From NCBI GenBank assembly GCA_002269645.1, contig NIVC01003606.1, positions 24,453 to 88,452 of the forward strand: a stretch of DNA of 64,000 nucleotides, written 5' to 3'. The notes under the pieces were generated by a model. It ran no database searches and was not told where the DNA came from. It saw nothing but the letters and a program-made list of their open reading frames with translations. The DNA comes from Macrostomum lignano (taxonomy: Eukaryota). Positions 55,409-64,000 of this stretch are shown one piece after another; position 1 is the first letter of the stretch; every line of letters begins with the position of its first letter. Position numbers and translations under genes: made by a program.

Positions 55409-55463
55409 AGAGACCTACCAGGACATCTCCAGACCAACTAAAAACCAGAGAAATACTTTAAAA

Positions 55464-56300
55464 TCATTTGGGGCCATTCAGCAGGCTGCACGCGTCTAGC
55501 AAGCCTTCGGCGGTCCGCGCTCCTGACGTGTATTCGCCCCAGAAGCGCTATGGTACTGCTGTTCCATTCGAAGGTAATTCGGTCTTCGTTGCCTTCGCTG
55601 AGCGCCTTAAGCCACGAGTCGCGATTCGATCGCGACTATCTGGGCCTCTTCGTGCAACAGCCGCACCAGCAGATAAAATTGAAGTCGACCGCGCTGTGCT
55701 CTGGCATTCAGCTTCCAGTGCCACCCTTCGGTGTCATTAGTGCGCACGTCCTTGAAAACACTGAGTTCCCGGATGCTCCAGATCGTGCTTCGCAGCCATG
55801 TAGCCTGCACAAAGTCGCAAAAAAGTTGCAGAGGCTCCAGCTGAACTACAGTTCGTAGTAGCCGAAAAAACTGCTGACTAATTTCTTCATGTGGAAGAAA
55901 CGGCAGCGACATTAATTTGCGGCACACGGACTGTACTTCGAAGTCAGATACGTACAAATTTTGCAGTCCAGAGCTTTGAATGTGGCGATAGATGGCCTGT
56001 GAAACGCATGTGTTTGAAGGCACAAGTAAATTTAAGCAAACAAAACTTATAGTACAATATCTAACCCATTCAAGGTCCAATTTCACCGTCTTACACACCT
56101 GCGTAGATGTAATAGTGAAAAACACAGCCTTTAAGTTGAGCATCTGGAAACTGCTGCCTGCTGACAGCTCGCCAGGCTGCGGCCTCGAAATCCATGACAA
56201 CAGCTGTAGGTTGTGCATGTGGCAAATGCAAATACTTACCGGAATTACATTCTGTATGTTGCCAATTGTGGCATACATCACAGTCAATGTAGCGGCAGCG
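55464..56300 (-). pseudogene. MULE (Mutator-like) transposase, C-terminal part, intron-containing and frameshifted
   Basis: VMDFEAAAWRA..FP..KGCVFH / QAIYRHIQ..LMSLPFLP..RTNDTEGWH..LLDACSLLNGP*. Predicted introns 56239-56204 (36 nt) and 56098-55997 (102 nt). Confidence 0.82.
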
Positions 56301-56304
56301 TCAT

Positions 56305-59300
56305 TGGTGACTATTGAGCTGCTGCCCGAGCAGAGCTGGGACGTCAACTTAGCCTTCTGCAGAGAGGACGAGCGCCCCCGGACCAAGAGGCATCCAATCT
56401 GGGTTCCGGCCAGGAGCGTCGTTACCTCTGCTGACGAGCTCCGGAAAGGACTGCTAGCAGTCAACCGGGAGCTTCCCGCCGCGGGCCTAGTGGTGCATGA
56501 CACCCTTAAGCGCACCGACAGCACTGGCTTCACAGCCATCCTGGGGCTGTCGGACGCCTGGATGAGGCGCTATCCGCACGGCAGCTTCATCAACGTCGGC
56601 CTTTGGAAGCTGCGCATCCGCTCCTACGAGGCCGACCCTCCCCGTGGCAGTGAGCAGGGCGGGGGGGATACGGAGGCGACCGGGGCAGGCGCGAGCTTTT
56701 GCCCAGGCTGCCAAAGCACGGCCGCGCGGGTAAAGCTGAGCGCGCTGCTGAGGGCGGAGGCGACCGACGCCCGGCGCGCAGCACCAAGCGGCGCGGCCTG
56801 TACCAGCGCGCAGCTGAGGCTGTCCGCACCGCTAAAGTCACCCAGCTGAGGAGAGAGGTCGCCGGGACGCCTAGGCGCACCAGTTCGTCCAGGGAGGGTG
56901 GGGACGTCCCAGCTGGGCCCAACCCATCGGGGCAGGGCCAACTGGAGACGGACCCGCCTGCCCAGGCGGCTGGCTGCTCCAGGGCATTGGGCCAGTCTGA
57001 AGCGGAGGACCCCGTGGCCGGTGGGCGAAGGGCGGCGAACGCTGCCTATTGCCTTCCGACCAATCGGGGGCCTTTTGCTGAAGAGGAGCCCATGGACACC
57101 GGCGACCCCGACCCGAAGCTGGTGAGCGCCGAGGAGGAGGAGGAACTCCTGGCGTCTGCAACACCCGATCTGCAATGATGCCAGCGGCTACCTGGTGTCT
57201 GCAGATCAACACCCAGCACTGCGTGGCGGTGTCAGTCAACCTGATGCGCACGACAGAGCAACAGCTTCCGGGCCTGGTCTTCGTGCAGGAGCCCTGGATG
57301 ACTAAAGGTAAGCCAAATAATGTGCCATCTGGCTACCACTGTTTTTGCATGGCGGACTCTCAGCCTCGCCCAAGATCTCTGGTCTTCGCTGCAAAAGCTT
57401 TTGAGGCATGTATGAGACCTGATCTCTCGACTGGGGACATCTGTGTTGTTCAAATCAAAAACCTCATTCCCAATAAACCTGTGCTGGTAGCATCTGCCTA
57501 TTTCCCAGGCGATGCCCCAGTAGTCTGCGACGCACTAGTCAACCTCATTGACTACGCCGAGTCCCGTCGGTTTGAGCTGCTCATTGCAGGGGATGTGAAC
57601 GCACACCACCTGCATGGGGCAGCAGGAACACCAATAACAGAGGCGAGGAGCTGCTGGCATATGTCAGCAGCACTGACCTCAACTTCCGTAACGTGGGCAA
57701 TGCACCAACGTTCAATAATGGGCGGTGAGCCGAAGTCATCGACACCACCATCGCCTCACCCGGACTGCTTTCCGCAGTTACGGGCTGGCGAGTGTGGGAC
57801 GAGGACTCGCTCTCGGACCACCGCTTTATCCGCTTTTGCATTGGGCTGACCAAACAAAAGCCTAAGGTCACTTGGAGTCGGAACGTCAGAAATACCGATT
57901 GGGCCGCCTTTGGCTCGAAGCTGAGCCGAGGCCTTCGGGATCTTGACCCCCCCCCCCCAGTGACCTATCTGACTGCCAGGTGGTGGATGATCTTGCCTCC
58001 TCCCTGGGCGGGGCGATCACCACTGACTTTGAAGCAGCATGCCCTCTAGAAGCCTACAAAGGCAAGAAATCTGCTCCCTGGTGGAACCCAGAGCTCGGGT
58101 CCCTTCGGCGCCGAACCAGGACCCTCCAAAGGCGAGCGCTCAAAACCAAAGACCCATCTGATAGAGAGGCCTATACCCGTGCGATCCACGAGTTTAAGGG
58201 CCAAGTTAAAAGGGCCAAGACGGCCAAGTGGCGCCAATATTGCGAAGGGCTGGAGGGCTCCCGCCCCGTAGCCCGCGTGGTTAAGGCACTCACTAATGAC
58301 CGTTTTTCTAAACTCTCTGTTGTGAAGAGACCTGATGGCTCGGTCACAGAGAGATCTGAAGAGACTCTAGAGCTAATACTCAACAGTTTCTTCCCTAAAT
58401 CTCCGACTCAGCAGGGCCAAGGCGAAAGCAGGGCCCCCTGCTCTCAGGCGAAAGCAGGGCCCGCCTGACCAAACCATGGGAGGGCAAGACCTAGCAAAGT
58501 CTATGATCACCAAAGACCGCATTATTAGAGCGGCAAGGTCCTTTAACCCGTTCAAGGCCCGATAGCATCTACCCAGCGTTCTTGCACGAGGCGGTAAAAT
58601 ACCACCGCTTCCTGGACCTCCTCTGTCGTCTCCTCCGAGCTTGTGTGGAGCTGGGCTATGTACCAGTTGCGTGGAGAGAGGCCTTGGGTGGTCTTTATCC
58701 CCAAGCCTGGAAAGAGCGACTACCAATCGGTGAAGGCCTTCAGGCCTATCAGCCTCACCTCCTTCTGCCTTAAGCTCCTCGAGAGACTGGTGCTTTGGCG
58801 CCTACTTTCGGTCGAGCTGAAGCGCTTCCCACTCTCGCAGAACCAGCACGCTTTCCGCGCGGGCAGGTCTACCGAGAGTGCCCTCCATGTCATTGTTGAC
58901 TTCCTGGAGAGGGCCGTTCTTGGCAGCGGTTTTGCCCTCTCGCTTTTCCTGGACATTGAGGGGGCCTTCGACAACGTCATCTTCGAGGCCTTTTGCAGAG
59001 CCCTGGAATCCAGGGCCACGCACCCTCGCCTTGTCCGGTGGATCATGTTCATGATCCGGAACCGCACTGTTGTGGCCCACCTGAACGGCAGCTCTCTTTC
59101 GGCGCCTGTCCAGAAAGGGGGCCCCCAGGGCGGAGTTCTCACCCCCGTTCTCTGGAACATGGTCATGGATGAGTTGCTTTGCAGTGATCTCCACGACCCC
59201 ATTCTCAAGGTGGGCTATGGCGACGATGTGACCACGATATGTGCGGGCCCCTCGGTTGATACCATCAGAGACCTTCTGCAGGGCTTTCTGGGACGAGCGG

Positions 59301-60150
59301 AGCGTTGGGCAAACCAATGTGGCCTTAGACTCTCAGAGTCGAAAACCACAGCGGTCATGTTTACCAACAAACTGCTCTGTACCATTAGGCGCCTCACCCT
59401 CTATGGAAAGGATATTTCCATGGAGAAGCAGGTCCGCTGCCTGGGCCTCACTCTGGACCACAGGCTTAACTGGACTCCGCACATCAAACTAAAGCTAAAA
59501 AAGCCCTGGCTGTCCTGGCTCAGATCAGGCGCGCCGTAGGCACCACCTGGGGGCTCACCCCCAGGAAGCTGTGGTGGATTTACACTGCCATCATCCGCCC
59601 CTCGGTCAGTTACGCCAGCCTCGTGTGGGCCAGCGGCCTGAGCGTCAAAAGCAACCTCGACGCTCTTTTACAAAATCCAGGGCAGAACTTGCCGCATGAC
59701 TCTGGGCGCTCCACCCTCTACTCCTTTTGAAGGCAAGAATGCCTTCCTCTGTGCCCCTCCTCTGGATATTTATATCAAAGGAGGTGGCGAAGAGCACCCG
59801 GCGTCTTCTAGATGCTGGGGTGGCCTTCAAGAAAGTGCGGGCCTTTAAGAAGCAGTCGCTTTTCCCGCACTCTGACCTCTGCCTCAAGGCTCTCGAGGAG
59901 TGTGGCGGGCTCAAAATCTCACGGACTCGATCCCAGCCACCCTTCTCCTGAGCCAAAGGTATAAGGTCACTATTCAGCCTCGACACGAGGCGAGTGACAG
60001 CTGGAGCGATTCTGAATTCCACTGTTACACTGACGGCTCTATGAGGCATTGTCTTTCAGGCTTCGGAGCTTGCGTCTTCTTCAAGGGAGAAGTGGTGTGG
60101 AGCTACTCCCAGCACACTGGGCTCAACTCAAGTGTTTTTCAGAGCGAGGT
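56305..60150 (+). mobile_element. Non-LTR retrotransposon (R1/LOA-like): partial ORF1 plus frameshifted ORF2 (APE-RT-RNase H), truncated at both ends
   Basis: APE: LQINTQH, VQEPW, AGDVNAHH, SDHRFIRF. RT: FRPISLTSF, QHAFRAGRSTESAL, FLDIEGAFDNV, PQGGVLTP, YGDD. RNase H: YTDGS..SVFQSEV. Several frameshifts. Confidence 0.92.
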
Positions 60151-60202
60151 GTGCTCCCCCAAAAGTAGAAAAACAAAATACAAAAAAAACCAAGACCAAT
60201 CC

Positions 60203-61636
60203 TTAGACCTTATAACAAACAGGTTTACGAGGCCGCAAATCATACGAGCTGTGGGGCTGGAAAGTCTCATCTCCAGAACTCAGCCGGGAGTCACAGTCAG
60301 TCACCTCAGGTTCACGCAGCTCCGAGTCAGAGCCAGCCTTGGCACCCAGATGAATCGATAGCCCAGCCTGATCCTCGGATCCAGCCGCCTCGGTCAGCCG
60401 CCGATCAGCCTCCGCCTCCGGGCGGCAGCTCCATTGGTTTGCGTGCGCCATCCGCAGTCCACCATCTGGTAGGTCAGCTGAGGTCACCAGAGCTGTGTTC
60501 CGGCCGTGCTGCACGATGAACTTGGCCGGAACCGGAGCCGTGCCAGGCCGAGCCCTCAGCCAGATGGAGTCACCCACCTGCTCGGTAATCGTTAGCGGAT
60601 GGCGCAGCCGGCGTCCCCACATGAGAATGTCCGGCGAACTGGAACGATTCCCGCTAGGCCTGCTGGTGCGAATGGTTAGAAGCAAATTCTGCAGGAACTG
60701 GTCAAATGGGAACACTTTCGTCCACGTCTTCAGCCCGCCTTTGAGACTCCTCACCAACCGCTCAGCCTGCCCGTTCGATGCCGGATGGTACGGTGGGGTG
60801 TGCATCTCCTGGCAGCCGACACTGTTCAGCCACTGCGAGACTCTTTCCGACCTGAACTCAGGCGCATTATCCGACACTAGCGTCCGAGGCACTCCATTTC
60901 CGGCGAACACCGCTCTCCGCACTCTCAGCACACTGCCCGCAGACCTGTCTGGGACCTGGACAGCTTCTGGCCAACCCGAGTATGCATCAGACAGCAACAG
61001 TAGCAAGCCCACTCCTGGCACCTCACAGTGGTCCATGTGGACCCAGGACCACGGCTCGCTCTCGGATGGCCAGATGTCAATTTTCCGCTGAACCACCGGC
61101 CGTCTTTCAGCGCACAGCTGACACCGCTCAACAAACTGACGGACATCGCGATACAGTCCAGGCCACCAGAACTCCTTCGACACATGGGCCTTCGTATTTT
61201 CCGCGCTCGGGTGCGCCTCATCATGCGCGGTCTCCAAAATGCGCCGCCGGAGAATGATCGGAGGCACCACCCTGGTACCGTGGATGACCAGCCCGTTTTC
61301 CACAGACAACGCTTCCCGACACGCTTTGTACGGCCGCTCCAGCTGAGAGACCTGACCCCACCGGCCTGTCCTGATTCTCTGCTGGAGTCTTTGAAGCAGT
61401 GAACACCGGGAAGTACTTTCTCTCAGCTCCTCCACGGTAACCAAGCCTCCGTCAGTGATCAACTCAGTCTGGTGAACCGACTCCGTCTCAGGATCGAGGT
61501 TTTCAAAGCTCAGCCTTGATAGAGCGTCAGCATCCTGCATCTTCTTTCCCGGCACATATTCAATCTCGTAATCATAAGCCGATAGCCGCAGAGCCCACCG
61601 GGTTAGTCTGGCAGAAACAGTCTTTGGAAGATTCAT
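60203..61636 (-). pseudogene. Gypsy RNase H C-terminus plus integrase frame
   Basis: RWALRLSAYDYEIEY, HHCC zinc finger (H..H..FWWP..C..C), D..SDNAPEF..SNGQAER. Confidence 0.9.
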
Positions 61637-62597
61637 TGCAAGGATTCAGAATAAACTTCAAAGGCTCGTGATCGGTCTGCAGAATGAATTTCTTCCCTAG
61701 CAACATTTTCCGAGCTCGTTCAACCGTCCAAACAATAGCCAGCGCTTCTCTCTCGATGTTTGAGTAGTTGGTTTCTGCCTGTGTGAGCGCCCTGGACATG
61801 AACATGACGGGATGTCCATACTGGACCAGCACCGCGCCCAAGGACTTCTCGCTCGCATCAACTCGAAGACCGACAGGCGCGGAAACATCCAACGGCTTGA
61901 TGCACGGGTTTGAGGCCAGACTCCTTTTGACCTCCGAAAATGCCGCCTCAGCCACCGCGTTCCATTCAAAGACCCGGTCACCGCGGCGAAGCTCCTGAAG
62001 AGGCCGACATTTCTCAGAAAAGTTTGGAACCAACCGTCCATAAAATTGAGCCAGTCCTAGAAATCTCTCCAAATCTTTCTTGGTCTTCGGCACCTCGACA
62101 TCCATCACACGTTTCACCATGCCCGGATCGGGTTTTATTCCTTCATCATCAATAATGTGACCAAGAAACTTCAGGCTGTTGGCCTCCATCACGCACTTCG
62201 CTTCGTTGATCTTGACATTTGCGGCCTTTAACTTGTTGAGCACCTGCTCCCTAATTTTCTGCAACTCTGCCCGGCTCGCAGCACCGATCAGCACATTGTC
62301 CTGATATACTATGACACATGGATGGTCTCCCAGGAGCTTTTCCATCACACGTTGAAAAACAGATGGCGACACCTTAATGCCATACGGCAACCGGTTAAAC
62401 CTGTAGCAACCAAACGGAGTGTTTATGGTGGTCACCGCTTTCGATTCCTCATCCAGGGGAACCTGATAGTACGCATCCGATAGGTCTAACCGACAGAACA
62501 GCTTCTTGTTGGCCATTTTCGAAAAGGCTGTCTCAATCGAGGGAGTGAGGTTCGGTCTGGTCTTGAACCAACCGATTAACAGCCGAATAATCTCCAC
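61572..62597 (-). pseudogene. Gypsy reverse transcriptase/RNase H frame, catalytic YxDD changed to YQDN
   Basis: LDLSDAYYQVPL, FNRLPYG, YQDNVL, KFLGHII, VDAS..LGAVL, NYSNIEREALA, TDHEPL. Confidence 0.9.
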
Positions 62598-64000
62598 AAA
62601 TTCTCACGGATGCCCGATCTGACTTCACCGTCACCACAATTGGACTGCCCCTTTCCGACGACATCACCTTCTCAACGATTCCAGCACTTTCCATCAAGTC
62701 CAGCTCCTTCTTAACCAAGTGCTTCAGCGCTAAGGGCAGTTCTCTGGCTGCCTGGAAAATTGGCTTAGCTCCAGCACAAAGACGGATCTCTCCCGTAGCA
62801 CCAGATATTCCCAACAAGCTCTCATACCTGTTACTGGCGGCTGACTCATCAGAACTGGCATGGTGCACCGGTGCGAGGACCAGCAGATTCCGGCCGAGCA
62901 GCCTAAACTCCTGTTGGCAATCGATGACGGGCAGCTCTGCCGCCTTGAAGCGGCCGTTGTTGCCAGTGGTCTCCACCAGGCATTCCAGAACGCCCATCTG
63001 TCTCATAACGTGTCCGTCATACGCCAGCAATGCGCGACTTCGCCGACTTCAGCGGGGGCCTTCCGAGCTCATTCCAGATCCTTCGTGAGATTAACGAGCA
63101 GGAGGCACCGCTGTCCTTCTCCATCAGCACTTCTCTGTGATTGATTTTCACAGTGCAGAACTCGGCAGGCTTTCCTTCTCCACAGTAGAATACGGGCTCA
63201 TCACAATAGGAGTCTTCTGGACTCAGCTGAGTGCGGACTGCTTCAGCTGGGGCAGCGAAGTGGGTCCTGGCACCGCGGCACACACGGGCAAAGTGGCCAG
63301 GCTTTCCACATTGATTGCAGGTGGCTCTCAGGGCTCGGCAGTCAGCGGGCTTCTGGTGCGATCTCAACCCGCAACGCTGACAGCGCTGGTGTCCGAAGTT
63401 CTGCTTCTGCCTCATAACCGAATTAACGTTGGCAGAGCCGGAGCTATCCGGATGGCAGTGAGCTTCATCAGCCGTAGTCAGACCCGCGGTCGACAGCGAC
63501 CTAGCCTGGTGCACCACCGAATCCACGAGAGTCGAGTGAGCAGCAGCCAGGGACCCAGCTGAAAAGTTGCTGACCATCAGCAGCTGCTGAACATATTCTG
63601 TGACCTGATCGACCGTCAGTTCTTGAGTCACTTCACGTTCGAGCACCTTGTTCCTGATGTTCGAGTTGGCCAGACCGGCAATGAGCCGCATCTTGATGAG
63701 CGCTTCGGCGGGGTCCGCTCCTTCCTTTTCAGGCTCTCGAACTCGCATACGACGGCTTGCTCCCTGAGACGAGCGGCATAGCTGGTGACGGTTTCGCCTT
63801 CGGCCTGGCGCATAGACATGAAGGCTGTCCTCTTAGCGATCTGCAGTTTCTTCTTGGGCTCCACAAACGTCAGTAGGCATTGCTTGATTTCAGACCATTT
63901 CATCTCAGACGGGGTTTTTGGAGCAACCAGCTGCTTGACTTTTATGAGCTCAGCGACCCGAGGCAGCCATGAAAGCGTCGGTCAAACGCTCGTCTCTCGT
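62533..64000 (-). pseudogene. Gypsy gag-protease and RT N-terminus, frameshifted
   Basis: RQAEGETVTSYAARLRE, MRLIAGL, CQRCG..CNQCGKPGHFARVC, EKDSGASCSLIS, SPIVVTVK..VRICGDY. Confidence 0.85.

Larger units (their letters stand above)
60151..64000 (-). mobile_element. Ty3/gypsy LTR retrotransposon (Mag-like), defective internal region; 5' part off-window, 3' LTR absent
   Basis: Domain order gag (two Cys/His knuckles), PR (DSGAS), RT, RH (DAS), IN; PPT GGGGGAG at 60160-60154; multiple frameshifts. Confidence 0.93.

Overview
Eukaryotic (animal) genomic DNA with spliced genes, not a prokaryotic window. Minisatellite-filled introns, very short introns and the gene set suggest a flatworm such as Macrostomum, but the species is an inference. 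Five spliced genes were rebuilt by hand from GT-AG sites and phase matching: (1) a GPR158/GPR179-like class C GPCR (minus strand, 9 exons in the window, continuing past position 1, two 1-bp frameshifts); (2) a TRAF-family RING/zf-TRAF/MATH protein (minus, 5 exons, 492 aa); (3) an unrecognised type I membrane protein (plus, 5-6 exons, perfect RFX X-box in intron 1); (4) an unrecognised secreted prohormone-like precursor (plus, about 86 aa); and (5) a brat-type TRIM-NHL gene (minus, 5 coding exons, 902 aa) with an N-terminal RING-like domain and a 3'UTR intron. Nearly every long intron holds its own tandem repeat. Mobile DNA includes a 2.46-kb TTAA-flanked foldback element, tRNA-derived SINEs with two heads on one shared core, a Tc1 deletion derivative, a MULE-type MITE with a 9-bp TSD, and a nested stack from 53.7 to 64 kb (LTR plus tRNA-Leu PBS, intron-containing MULE transposase, R1/LOA-like LINE, Mag-like gypsy). 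The best novelty candidates are the orphan membrane gene and peptide precursor (possibly spliced into one bicistronic mRNA), the foldback element, the intron-private minisatellites and a CpG desert next to brat. No database searches were run; family assignments come from recalled motifs.
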